Below are positions 35,331 to 48,355 of a stretch of DNA of 64,000 nt, piece after piece. This stretch comes from Octopus sinensis (lineage: Eukaryota). A program made the position numbers and the translations under genes. Each line of letters opens with the position of its first letter. Within the stretch, counting starts at the first letter, position 1. Below the pieces are notes generated by a model. The model was not told where the DNA came from, ran no database searches, and saw only the letters and a program-made list of their open reading frames with translations. The stretch is from contig NW_021833250.1 in the NCBI RefSeq assembly GCF_006345805.1, forward strand, positions 1 through 64,000, in the 5' to 3' direction.

Positions 35331-35472
35331 TTATAATAGAGTGTAATTTCCTTAGAGGTTCCTTTCTAGGTAGAGGGAATTTATTACGGTTAATAAATTT
35401 AATATTCTTGACTATATACCTAGCAACCTAATTTGAAAAGGTAAATTGTAAAATTTACCTTTATATATATAT

Positions 35473-35513
<41 letters not shown>

Positions 35514-35617
35514 TGTATATATATATATATGAATATATATATGTATATGTATATATATTATATATATATATATATGTATGTATATGCATATATATATATG
35601 TATACATATATATGTAC

Positions 35618-35651
<34 letters not shown>

Positions 35652-35801
35652 CGATATATATGTACGTGTATATATATGTATATATGAATATGTATGTATA
35701 TATATGCATGCATATATATATATATATATATATGTCTACATCTATATATATATAGTATACGTACATGTATAAATGCATATATGTATATATATTATATATA
35801 T

Positions 35802-35883
<82 letters not shown>

Positions 35884-36411
35884 GAGAGACTAAACTGTAC
35901 GTACGCTGCCATATGTATATATAAAAAGGAATACAAAAAAGGACAACAAAACATCCAGACAGATTAAACAAAAGAGGGACAAGAAAAAAACACGGACGGG
36001 TCATTCGAAATTCGATTGAGGAAAGAAAACATTGAATGACCTGTCTGTGTTTTTTCTTCTCCCTCTTTTGTATCATCTGAGTGGATGTTTTGCATTCTTT
36101 TCCCGTTTTTTGTATTCCTCTCGCTCTCTCTATGTATATATATATTAATTTAATAATTAACAAATTTCACTATGTAGCTACGGTATGGAAAAAAAACCAT
36201 AATCGGTAAAAACTTATACAAAAAGCTTTTTTATAATTATAAATATAATTAAGTGTTTAGCAAAAAGTTGCTTTACCACATACCGAAAATTTAGAAATAG
36301 CAGTTAAAAACCGCTAATTTTTTTAACTACAATATATCTCCATAGACCGCAATACTTGTAACTCACATAGGCAACAAGGAAAAAAATCGAAATCAACCAG
36401 TCTTACGATTA

Positions 36412-36468
36412 ATCATGTACGCGTTTCGGGATTAGAATTTTAAAATTCATTTCCCTCATCAGCATGAT
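36412..36468 (-). ncRNA. Canonical minimal type I hammerhead ribozyme
   Basis: ATCATG-CTGATGA-GGGA(...)TCCC-GAAA-CGC-GTA-CATGAT. 6-bp stem I, intact core, palindromic ACGCGU stem III and GUA cleavage triplet. Confidence 0.85.
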
Positions 36469-36593
36469 ATTTCAAGATTATAAATTTGAAAATGCTAAAC
36501 CTACCCGTTGCATCCTCGATCAAGCGACATCGAAACATAACATAAGATAGAACAGCACTTCCGGATTTATATAAATTTATATAAATTTAGAAA

Positions 36594-36641
36594 GTCTTAC
36601 AACTGTTTCCGGGATATTTCATATAACCCTTCATCGGAGAC
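36594..36641 (-). ncRNA. Hammerhead-like motif, CCGAUGA variant
   Basis: GTCT-CCGATGA-A-GGG(...)CCC-G-GAAA-CAGTTG-TA-AGAC. Confidence 0.5.
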
Positions 36642-36994
36642 GGTGTGAGAAAATGGTTACACAATAGTTAATTTGGATAAGATATGAAATAGTGAGTGAA
36701 GTGAAGCAATGAAAATAGACGTGAGATATGCATGGATATTGCATCTGTAGATCCATTATTTAGGCAGAATGGTATACATATAAGATTTCAATACCTTGTG
36801 AGTAAGTTCCAACAGTACTTAATACTGTTGGAACTTACAAGGTATTGGAATCTTATATGTATACCATTCTGTCTAAACAATGGATCTACAGATGCAATAT
36901 CCATGTATATCTTACAACTATTTTCATTCCTCCACTTCACTCTCTATTTCATATCTTATCTAAATTAACTATTGCTTAACCATTTTCTCGCATC

Positions 36995-37042
36995 GTCTCC
37001 GATTAAGGGATATATAAAATATCCCAGAAACAGCTGTAAGAC
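36995..37042 (+). ncRNA. Hammerhead-like motif, mirror copy (CCGAUUA core)
   Basis: GTCT-CCGATTA-A-GGGA(...)TCCC-A-GAAA-CAGCTG-TA-AGAC. Confidence 0.4.
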
Positions 37043-39189
37043 ATTCTATTTATAAATGTTCTAAACTCTTTCATAGCCTTGGATTTTTATCTCATTCTGA
37101 AAATTGTATATATCTTAGGTCCTGGTAGGGTATAAAGGTATTGTATCTCCTAAGGAGGCCTTAATGGACGACCTGACACTTCTATCTATAGACAAGCAAA
37201 TCTTGCAGAGTGCCCTCACGAGGCTAGACGAGCTGATAAAGCAATACAGGGTGCGATTTAGAGCAAAAAAGACACGTATTCTAACATTCTGGACTATTAA
37301 CACTGTCGGATTCCAGACTCATACCGAAATTCTTCAGGTGTAGAAAATCCCGGTTTCATGACCTTAAAAACGTTGTGTGGGTGTGCTGAAGAGTAAACTA
37401 TAATACAAACAAGAAAACGAATAAATCATTTAATTCACCTTTAATGATTCGTTACAATTATTTTTGATTAACTTTTCTGTTAACAATTATTTACGTAAAT
37501 AATTCGAAGTTAAAATTTGTGTAACGTTTGCGGCTTTAGACATTTGAGTTGCACTTCGTCAGACTTGTATCAAAGGTGTGGCTCTTACGTTTTGCGTCGT
37601 CCAGACATGACATTTTTTTTTTTTTGCTTATATCGGGAGGAAACGAAAAGTGGATAGAAGTATTGTTAGACGGTGAATAATTAGTATAGAGATCATGAGA
37701 GAAGGAGAAAAAGGAAAAATAACAAGAACTACGGACATTAATAAATGAGGAAAAGACAATATATAGCAAACCAGTGTATCTGGACTAAAGATTCTCAGAA
37801 TGGTCAGTCAATACAACATTATGACCGGTACAAAAATTCATTAGATGTGTGAGAAATTATTTCAGTTTAAGATTAAAAGTATGAGACGAATGAAACTGAT
37901 GACAATGGTAAGAACTATTGCCAGAATTACTTTAATTGAAAAGTGGTCAAAAAAGTTATAATCTATGTTAGTTTTGAACGAATATAGTTTAGATAAATTG
38001 ATGATATATAAAATAGAGAAAATAGAGGAGATATAGGAAAATCAATTTGAAATTTAAAATTTTAGTATGTCCAAGAGCAGTGGCATAATTACAATAGCGA
38101 GTCGTATAAAATGTAGTAGATAAGATGCTTAGATTGAAAGTAAATACTTAGCTAGTAATATAGATATGACAGCCCTATAAAGCAGACTGTAATAAAACAC
38201 GATCAAGGTAAAAAGGGATAAGATAAAATATATAATGTATTAAGTTTGAAGGTTAAGTATAAGAGTTTAGAATTAGCAGAAATAAAAATGTTATGTAAGT
38301 TATACAGTAAGTTGCGAATTCTTTATAAATGGAATAGTAGATAAAGCCGTAGAGAGGGAAAATTGATAGTTAGCTAGTAATATGCATATAATGGGATTGG
38401 AGTAAAGCATAAATGTATGAAGTTTAAAATCATAAATTTACAAGTAAAATATAAAAAATTGTAAATTATAAATTGAAAGTGACATACATCTTGGAACAAA
38501 TGGCCCATATACAATCACATAAGAAGGCCTTAATGAATAACCTGGCACTTCTATCTATAGACAAGCAAATCATGCAGAGTGCCCTTACGAGGCTAGATGA
38601 GCTGATGAAGCAATAAAGGATGCGATTTAGAGCAAAAAAGACACGTATTCTAACATTTATTAAGGCAGTGAAAAAATTAAATTAAAATTTAAAATAGCAA
38701 GAGAAAGTATCCCAACAGTTAAAGAAGAACACGTAAAGAGCTTGGAGTGTATATAGGCTGGAACATTGCCAGAGAAGAGTTGCGGGATACAGATAATGAA
38801 AAATCCGGATGTAGACTAACAGCAATTGATGAATCAAACTACTAGGGATGTAAAATATGGCGTTTTCATTTCGGCTTATATGTGCGACCTTCGTGGCCAC
38901 TTTTAATATACGAGGTGGTACTATCACGAGTTCAAATCATTGAACAAAAGTGCAATGTATTCTATAGAACAGCTCAGCTCTTTATCGTAAAAGAGGCACG
39001 TTGCAGTTACCACTGACATCAACAGTCGAAATTTATAAAACAGGGAAGATGCGAACAGTAATGATGCTAAGAGTATCGAGGGAGCTAAAAATCAGGCGTA
39101 ATCTATCAGATTACTATGCACAGTAGTTAAAAGCGATGGAATAATTTCTGGAATATTGGAATAGTTTCAGTTTTCGAAAAATATTATTG

Positions 39190-41345
39190 ATTTCATAACT
39201 TGCTCTCGGATTCATTTCATTTTCCAAATGTTTTGTTTCAATAACATTGTCTAACAGAGGTTTCTTAAAAGGAAATTTAGTAGTAATTTTCGACAAAAAT
39301 TTAGGTATCGCAGAAGTCACCAACATCAAGGCAATCCGTGTGAATGTTGATAGACCCAAATCCTTTCGACTTATTATGTTATTGCAAGCAAAGATAAAAA
39401 GATACGATTAGAAATAGTTTTACAATGGATTTACCAATCTCGTGTCTCAAAGGACAGTGTTTGTTAACGATTACTTTAAACAACTTGGCTTTAATGAATT
39501 CCTCTCCACATATTGACAGAACTAAATCTGGGTGAACAGGTTTGGTTAACTGTATAAATTCAACAAGAAATACGTAGCTTGAATAAAATGCCCATGCTAT
39601 ATGAATTAGCAATGACATCAACGATAAAATTACAATAACACACTTGAAAATATGACTACGTTTCTCATAGAGAGGTAAAATATACATTTTGAAATAACTT
39701 AATGGTAAAGTTAGAATCAAATATACGAAGGGGATTCCGTAATAAACGAGACACAGAAGAAATTCGCAGATAGAAAATACAGCAAATAAAATCACAATAA
39801 AAGGAAAAAAATATAAATTTTGGAACATTTTTATCCCATTTTTTTTATACGTTTAATCCAAGTACTAAATAGTAAGTACCAGAAATCTGGGTTTGCAGCA
39901 ACAGAAATATTAGCTTTCATTATTGCAAGGAGTCGATCATAATCCTGAAGTGCAGTAACATTCAAATTACCATACTCCATTAAAATTTTTTTATCTTTAA
40001 TGAGAAATGTGCAAGTGGATTCTTGATATAATGCATTATAAGCAATAGCGTCACTTACACGACTGAGAAGAACTAAGAGAATAAAGTTAACAATTATGTA
40101 ACTGATTATCCCAACAATAGGATTCAAAACAAAACTACCTGAAAGTTCATTACCTTTCGGGATTCCTAGAATGGAGGAGCGATAACCCAACGGAATACGA
40201 TCGTGTGAAAATATTGTCAACGTTTCATATAAAAATAAGTAATACAGTAATAGATCCAGGAGAATTTCTGAGAGAGAAAGCAGAATAAGAAAGCCTCTTC
40301 TTAGTCTTGAAACAACAGTAGTCGAATAATGAAAGCAAAATAACCACGATGAAAAAATGAGAAAAACTGCAAATATCATGTTTTACACAAATCCATTCCG
40401 ATTTGTCTGGCAATGTGTGTTCAATTGTAAATTCATCGTGATGTAATTGTTGCTTGTTAGATTCAGGGGAATCTGGCGATGCCTGTTCAATTGACAAGAC
40501 GACTTCCTCGTCAGCTGATTGTTGCTGGTTAGGTTCACTGGAATTTGGCGATGTGTTTTTAGTTGGCAAAGAGTGGTTAGCTGATAGTGGTAATTTAGCT
40601 TCTGATACAAAACTGATGAATAATGGAAATATAACCCACAGAACTGCTCCAACAATATTTGCACAATTGTCAAACATACTATTTTCAATGATATTTCCAG
40701 AACAAATGGATTTCGATTCGTAAGTGTGCTTATCATTTTCATGTAGTTCACAGCAATGGTTCTTCAGTATCTCTCGATTTATACCCAATCTTCTCTATGT
40801 TGATAACGTAGAAAGGCTGTTATTCCTCAAGCGACGCGACAAATTTATAAAAAAACACATATATCCAGATTCTCCCATCTGCAAGTTATCGATAACTACG
40901 ATTCTCTTTAATTCTTCGAAAATCAAACTTACCGAATCGTATCTCCGAATATTTTGTTTTCCACAATTTATATCGACAACAATATTTAGAGAAGCAATGT
41001 AAAAGTCTAATATATTAAATTAATGAACTGAAAAATCAAAGAGGACATTTTTATACATTACTAAACCATCTGGTTTATCTGGAATCCACATGAAATGCCT
41101 CGCATTTGCAAAATAATCCAGTGGTACAGGATTGAGAAGATCATCGAGCTTTTTATCAGCTATATGGACTTCAAAATTGAAAACCAGTTTGCCTGATTTT
41201 ACTAACCGAGTTAAATTTTGACTGACATTAGGAGAAATTTTAATTTCACAATTATTTTCGAGGTTTTCCGCTTGTATGTTAATGATTGATGTCAGTGAGA
41301 TAATAATGGTGATTGATAAAAGAAGTGCTTTTACAATATGGTATT
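39190..41345 (-). pseudogene. Pseudogenised paralog of the 938-aa membrane protein
   Basis: Colinear translation (e.g. WIPDKPDGLVMYKNVLFDFS) with nonsense codons (TCA>TAA at ~41021, TAC>TAG at ~40796), at least 3 frameshifts and no recognisable start ATG. Confidence 0.9.
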
Positions 41346-41641
41346 TGATGGTTCTTAGAAGCTGGCAGAATTGTTTACATGCCGGATAAAATGCTTTGTG
41401 GTGTTTTGTCTGTCTTTATATACTTCAAATTTCGCTGAGGTCGTCTTATCCGTTCGGAGTCGATAAAAACTTCTTTAACTATTTTCAGCCATTATACTGC
41501 AGCCCTGCTGGTGCCCACTTTGAGCTTTTAGTTGAATGAATCGACCCCAATACTTAATTTTTAAGCCTGGTACTTATTTTATCGATCAATTTGCCGAGCC
41601 ACAAACATCTCCCCACACACACATCCAACCCACGTAAGTAT

Positions 41642-41733
<92 letters not shown>

Positions 41734-41744
41734 TAATAGTATTT

Positions 41745-42960
41745 TTGGCGATCACCGTGCATTGACTAAGGAAAATAGTCTAATAAAGGGGCAAATAAAC
41801 CCTCGTCAGAGAAAAGAAGGCTTTTCTATCTGCATAGGAGTCGAACCCACATTCCTTTGTTAACGTGACTGTGTTACCTTTATACTAGCCAATTAGCCTC
41901 CCTTTTCCTGGGAAATTTAAGAACTATAATAGTTCGTGTTTGTTTGTATCTTTTGTATGTAAACAAACTTCCTATGTGTTTTCAGTGCGAATGGTTTTTA
42001 TACTGTGCCGTTTTTACAATACTGTTAATAATAATAATGGTATTTTTATATAAGCTTAAAGCTTATTGCGACCACCGTGCAATAACTAGGGTAAATAGGG
42101 ATCTTTTCGGTTTGAACGGCAGTTTTTAACATAATTTCTAGGTAACTAAAAATTTTAAACTTCGTATACTGGTAGAATGTGTTTATAAAACATCTTTTTC
42201 TCTTGGCATTATTGAGAAAATTCTATAGTTTGTAAGATATTTGTTGTTTCTTTCTTCAATTTCTGCAATTTCAACCAATCAAATACGTCTATTGAGGTAA
42301 AAAAAAACATTCTGTGCCGTATGAATATGTCCCTCGTTTAAGAAACAGATTGGGTTTATTTATTTTCGTGAAGAAAAAAAAGATACCCTTCTCCCCACCC
42401 CTAACCCTAAACCTAACCCTAACTAACCCTAACCCTAAAACAGATTGAAATGCAATAGATCGATACTAGGGTCATAATTTTGAGTGACAATTTCATGACA
42501 CCGCTAGAAAAAACTGCCGTTCAAACCGAAAAGATCCGAAAATAGTATAATAAAGGGGCATAAAAAAAAACAGAAGGATTTCCTATCCGCGTGGATATGT
42601 AAATAAACTTTCTATATGCTTTCGGTTTTTTTTTTTATGCGGCGCCGTTTTTACAATACTGTAAATAATAATGAAACAAACACGAACTATTATAGTTCTT
42701 AAATTTCACAGGAAAAGAAAGTTTGATTCGCTGGTGAAAAGGTAATACACTTAGTCGCGTTAACAAAGGGATGTGGGTTCAACTCCCATACGGATAGGAA
42801 AGCCTTCTATTTTTCTGTTGATGGTTTATATGCCTCTTTATTAGACTATTTTCCTCAGCCAATGCACGGTGATCGCTTTAAGCTTATATAAATATACCAT
42901 TATTATTATTTACAAGATTGTAAAAGCGGCACCGTGTAAAAAGCCATTCGCACCGAAAGC
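41745..42960. repeat. Tandem and inverted array of a ~325-bp unit with a tRNA B-box-like motif
   Basis: gcga(t/c)caccgtgca recurs at ~41747 and ~42068. Inverted copy at ~42675-42960 contains GGTTCAACTCC. Confidence 0.6.
42099..42537. mobile_element. MITE with 28-bp TIRs, 8-bp TSD and internal telomere-like (CCCTAA)n
   Basis: GGATCTTTTCGGTTTGAACGGCAGTTTT...AAAACTGCCGTTCAAACCGAAAAGATCC, flanked by gtaaatag/gaaaatag. Confidence 0.8.
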
Positions 42961-42995
<35 letters not shown>

Positions 42996-45173
42996 TACGA
43001 TGGGCTTCTTTCAGTTTCTGTCTACCAAATCCACTCACAACGGTTTGGTCAGCTCGAGGCTATAGTAGAAAACACTTGCCCAAGGTTTGATTCAGTAAGA
43101 CTGCATCTCAAACCATGTGGTTGGGAAGCAAGTTGTTTTACCACGCCTTTGTTCGATAAAATTTAAATGCCATTTTTTAATTATGAGTATTTAGGAGACT
43201 GTACAGAGACGAATTATATTGTTGTAAACTCTTACGTATTTCCTTATACAGTGCGCATGGTAAAATAACTTCACCACTATTTCTATGGGGTCAATGTATC
43301 CAGTTTTTCTCCGCTGCTCAGACAGAATGGAAAAATGCAACACCATTTTATAGGGATTCCAAGAATGGTAGGAGAACGAAAGCAATCTCAGATCATTGTT
43401 TATGCTAAAAATGACAACTAAATATCCCTCATATCATCCCTTAAATTTTTAGAAAAGGATACATTGGATAGAAACTTTCGAGTGGGCATTACATATCTAT
43501 AAACAGGGTAGTGGTCGGAGATGGATTGCTTCGTATAATAGAACTGCTTATTTAAGGTTGACCTGCGGCTAAACAATAGCATCAGTACCAACGACCACAA
43601 CAGCATCAACAATAACAAGAAATAATAATAATTTTCTTACATTTTTTCTGGGCGAGTTACTATGAGATATATATGTGTGTATATATATATTCAGTAAATA
43701 CTGTAAAGTACAGCTTTAACTAATTTCTTAGAAACATCAGTATTAATTCTCGAACATGAAAGCAAACTTTTTCTGCTTTCGGGATTAAACTAAATGTGGG
43801 AGAAAACAGTTGGTCTACACTATAACGACTTGAGCTTGAGTGATTTATTCACTTCAAATGAAACAAACATATATGCATAGCTACATACATATATATTTAT
43901 ATATGCACATATATACATATATGAATATATACATACATAAGGTAGATAACGACAATGTTGTCTGCGATTATTAGTTGCAAACAACTTGCAGATGGAAGTT
44001 CTAACTGTTAAAAGCCACGTATACCGAATAATAGCAGACGTATGAAGTCATAGCGAGAGAATGCACTCTGTGTTTGAGACCTTTCTTTTGCTGGTATTAT
44101 GGCATGCTGATCCCACTTACGGAAATAAGACCTTGCTTGCCAAATCAATTGGTTCACGCAGTATTCTTTTCGCCGTTGAGTATAAAAGGAGGGAGATATT
44201 TATATGAATGTATGCATATAGGTAGGCGTCTATATGTCTGTATATATATATATATGTGTGTGTGTGCGCGTGAGTGTATTGTATGTATGCATATATGGAC
44301 ACACACACAGGCATATGTGTGTGTATGTATTTGTGTGTGTGTCTGTGTGTGTGTGTACACAGATACACACACACACACATATATATATATATGAGTGTGA
44401 AATTTTAAACATATCCATACATTTTCCTTTGCCACTACTATTAACTGTTATCAAGTATCCTAGTTTACATTTTGTCTTTTCATGACCAGGTTTCCAGGCA
44501 ACTGAAACATTCAAAATGTCTATTAATTATCACCAGCATTGTATCAACAACAGCATTATTTAAATTAAATGACAAAGACTAGTTAAATTTTTGTTACCAA
44601 CCAGGAAAATGTTCCAGTCTTGGCTATATGCTTAGCCTAAATATGACCTAACTTAGCGCGTTTACTCACAGTTAGAGAAGGATAATAATACACACACAAT
44701 AACGTCTTAGATTACATTCTAAACATACGAGGTGGTATTAAAATATTCCCGGCTAATTATCTTATAACTTATGAAATAAGAAGAGTGCAAGAGCGATACT
44801 GTGAAGGGAAATATAATGGCATGGAGCAGTGGTTCCCAAACTTTTTAGTGTCGCGACCCACTATTTATCACACCAGTTTATGACGGCCCACTTAACTCTA
44901 CTGAGTAAAAACATTAATGAAATTAACAAATTTATTTCAGATTACATCTTCAGTGAGGCCTGTGGGAAGGATGAGCCTGTTTCTTGCTACACTCAATAAT
45001 AGAATTAACATCTATTGATCTATCTACCGTCTAGCTGCTGTCTATTCCAATCATTTCATTGGCTAATTGATAGCCTCCTGGTGATCACACCTATAGTTTT
45101 TTAATAATTTATATACTTACTAGTGAAATCCATAATGTCTTATTTATTAAAATTTTTTGCTATTTATATTAAA

Positions 45174-47155
45174 CTAGCTGAAGGTGACCCGCTCTACACG
45201 CGGGTAAGAGTGTGGTTGTTACTTTCTGTTGCTTCCTTTCAGCACGTAAAAAGCACCATCCGAACGTGGCGGATTGCAGCGCCGCCTTGACTGGCTTCTG
45301 TGCTGGTGGCACGTAAAAAGCACCAACCGATCGTGGCTGTTGCCAGCCCCCCTGGAACCTGTGCCGGCGGCACTAAAAAAGCACCCACTACGCTCACAGA
45401 GTGGTTGGCGTTAGGAAGGGCATCCACCTGTAGAAACACTGCCAGATCGGACTGGAGCCTGGTGCAGCCTCCTGGCTTCCCAGACCCCGGTCAAACTGTC
45501 CAACCCGTGCTAGCACGTAAAACGGACGTTAAACGATGATGATGATGATAATGTTTCTCCCTCTTTGTTTCTCTCTCACTTTCCCCACTCTCTTACTCTT
45601 CCTTTCTCTCGGACTCTCCCTCACTTTCTCTTACTCTCTATCTTTATCTATCTCTCTCCCATTTATAAACAACAAAAGATCTTGAGTAAGTTGAGAAATA
45701 AAATATTTAGAAAGATCAATCATAAATATCAGGCAGTAACAACAGAAAGGTCTGCTTCAAGGCAGACAGCAAAACACTAACATTTAAAAGGGACAGACGA
45801 ACATGCGAACTGAATAAAATTAATAAAATATTGGAAACCAAAGTTTGAAGGGATAGAATCTGAGGGTAGTAGAGTCAGCATGGCTGGCATTTCTTAACGA
45901 CGGACAGCAACGTTTTGACAGTTTAATGGCTGGCGTAAAATTTTGAACTTGATGTAAAAGAAAATCCCTAAACACCAAGTTTTGAAGTGATTCTTTTTCA
46001 CAACAGTAGACTCACCATGGCAAGCATTCAAAACTTCTTCATCATGGACGGCAACACATTGACGATTAAAAGGCTGGCGCAAATTTTTTAGCTTGATGTA
46101 ACAGAGAATTCCTAAACACCCGCTCCTTTAAATTTTAATCCCTTTCCAGCCCCATTTAGACCCCTTTTCACATTTTGATTAATATAACGCGATTTCATTC
46201 GGGTGTACTGGGGCCACATTTTATAAGATGAGGAATTTTGTCCTAGAGGTCACGCCTTTCATTTGAGGAAAAAAAATAGTTGTCATGCAAACTTGCCAGC
46301 ACTTTTAACATAGGTTTGCATCTATGTATGTGTGTGTGTATGTATGTGTATGTATGTGTGTGTATGTATGTGTATATGTGTGTGTATGTATGTGTGTGTG
46401 TATGTATGTATTTCCATTGAGTCAACCTCACTATTTTCTACATAGCAGACCGTTACATAAACAGGCAAAGGCACATACAAACATACACACTCACACATAC
46501 ATACACACACATACACACATACACACACATACATACACATACATACACACTCATACATAGATACATACACACACACACATACATGCATACATACATATAC
46601 ACATACATGCATACACACGCAAGCACTACAAAAATCGAGTAAAAAATTTCAGTTATCTCTCTCTTTCACACAGACAGATACATAAAAGAAGGCCGTTTGT
46701 ATGAAATAGAGTGAGTATTGTTTGTTGGTGGTGTTGGTGGTGGCGATGATAATTATCATTAGGAAAAAGAGTGAGTGAGTGAGGAAGAAATATACATAAG
46801 TTGTGGCGATGATAATTCTCCCTATGAATGCAGACAGGTACATCAAAGAACGCCGTCTGACGAACTTAAAAAGGGAAAGTGAAAGGGAGTTGAGGGGAAT
46901 ACATTAAATAACGGGTGTGGATATCTCAAAGTTATACATGAAGGGGAGTAAGAGAGGGAAAGGAGGAAATAGCGTGAGTGAGGAAGATGGCCCCTAGCAA
47001 CCACACCTTTTAAGCTAGATATTTCTACGGTAGCCCACGGGCATCGTCACCTCATTCTACATGTCCCTGTAAATTTTGGAGCGAATCAGACGGGACGTAG
47101 TGGCATTGAAAGCGATCCAAGCGGTAAAAACGCATTTCAGTTTTATATATAGAGA
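45174..47155 (-). mobile_element. Non-autonomous Helitron nested in the hAT element
   Basis: Minus strand 5' end A|TCTCTATATATAAAACTG; 3' end ACCCGC-gtgtaga-GCGGGT...CTAG|T. Confidence 0.65.
45235..45548 (+). mobile_element. SINE 3' portion with V-domain-like motif and (GAT)n tail
   Basis: GGCGTTAGGAAGGGCATCCACCTGTAGAAAC...GGACGTTAAACGATGATGATGAT. Confidence 0.55.
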
Positions 47156-47798
47156 TGTGAAACAAAACGTTTTATAACTGTTTCAATGTCTCTATACCCT
47201 ATGTGTAAATACTAACACTAATACAAAACCTTGAAGTAGTAACTGTTATCGGCTCGATCAGTGTTATACTTCGCCTTGTTAAAGTTCTCTATAAATAGGT
47301 AAAAACGGACCTTTCCTTTTTTACGATTACGTACGAATAAATAAGTTGAGAAAATGACAACCTCTGATTTGTTAATTCCGTGAAAAAGCCTACTGCTTGA
47401 TAAAACAACAAGTTTGGTATTGAAAACATAAGCCTTGAACTATCTCGATAGACAGTAGTTAACCAAAGCTAATGCGTAATTTTATAACTTTTTGCGACCC
47501 ACTAAGATTCCGTTCGCGACCCATCTGAATGTATGCATGTATGGACACACACACAGGCCTATATATGTGTATGTATTTGTGTGTGTGTGTGTCTGTGTAT
47601 GTGTACACACAAACACACGCACACACACAGGCATAGTTTGGGAACCACTGGAATGGAGAATGTGACTGATATCAGAAAAGGGAAGAATAGAGTTGTATAA
47701 GCAACAAATATGGAGTAGCAGTGGAATAGTAACGTTAATACAGTTGCCATTTAGAGATAGACATGCGCGTGCTTTCAATCTGTCCTCTCTCGCTCGCG

Positions 47799-47829
<31 letters not shown>

Positions 47830-48355
47830 TTCTCTTTCTCTCTATCTCTCACTCTCTGTCTGTCTCTGTCTGTCTGTTTCTCTCCCTCTCCCCCTCTCTC
47901 TCTCTCTGTAACACGCACACATATGCACAGACTCACAAATCTATAGACAAGTATATTTGACAACGTTTTAACCGAAATTATCCGGAAATAACCGAAATAT
48001 TCCATTTTTCCATTTATGAACAGACGATAAAGAAGTTATCGTCTGCTAAATTCTTAAAGTCAAATCATTTTCTTTTTCACGAAGACGATGTTTCAAGTCA
48101 ACATTGATAGTGAAGTACCTTCTTAATTTCGTTTTTATTATTTACAAAATTATAATCACTCATTCATCTATCGCAAAGTTAGAAAGAGAGATTTCTAAAT
48201 GAGAAATTGTTATCACTTAGTATCTTATCCGTTTTGGTGTTGTAATTTTCTGTCACGTTCTGTTCACGAAACCATCTAAAGTTTAAACTGAAGGTGAAGT
48301 TCTTTACTGAATTTATTGAAAAATATTCAACAATTACATTAATTTATTAATTCAC

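Larger units (their letters stand above)
36580..37055. repeat. ~470-bp imperfect palindrome, loop at ~36818-36822
   Basis: Arms are roughly 90% identical by eye, e.g. aagttccaacagta/tactgttggaactt at the centre and gtcttacaactg/cagctgtaagac at the ends. Confidence 0.9.
44827..47650. mobile_element. Non-autonomous hAT-like element with nested insertions
   Basis: TIR CAGTGGTTCCCAAAC...GTTTGGGAACCACTG and 8-bp TSD gcatggag/gaatggag. Confidence 0.85.

Noticed and set aside
42395-42440. (CCCTAA)n as an interstitial telomere or fusion scar
   Set aside because: Short, degenerate and enclosed within a TIR/TSD-bounded MITE.
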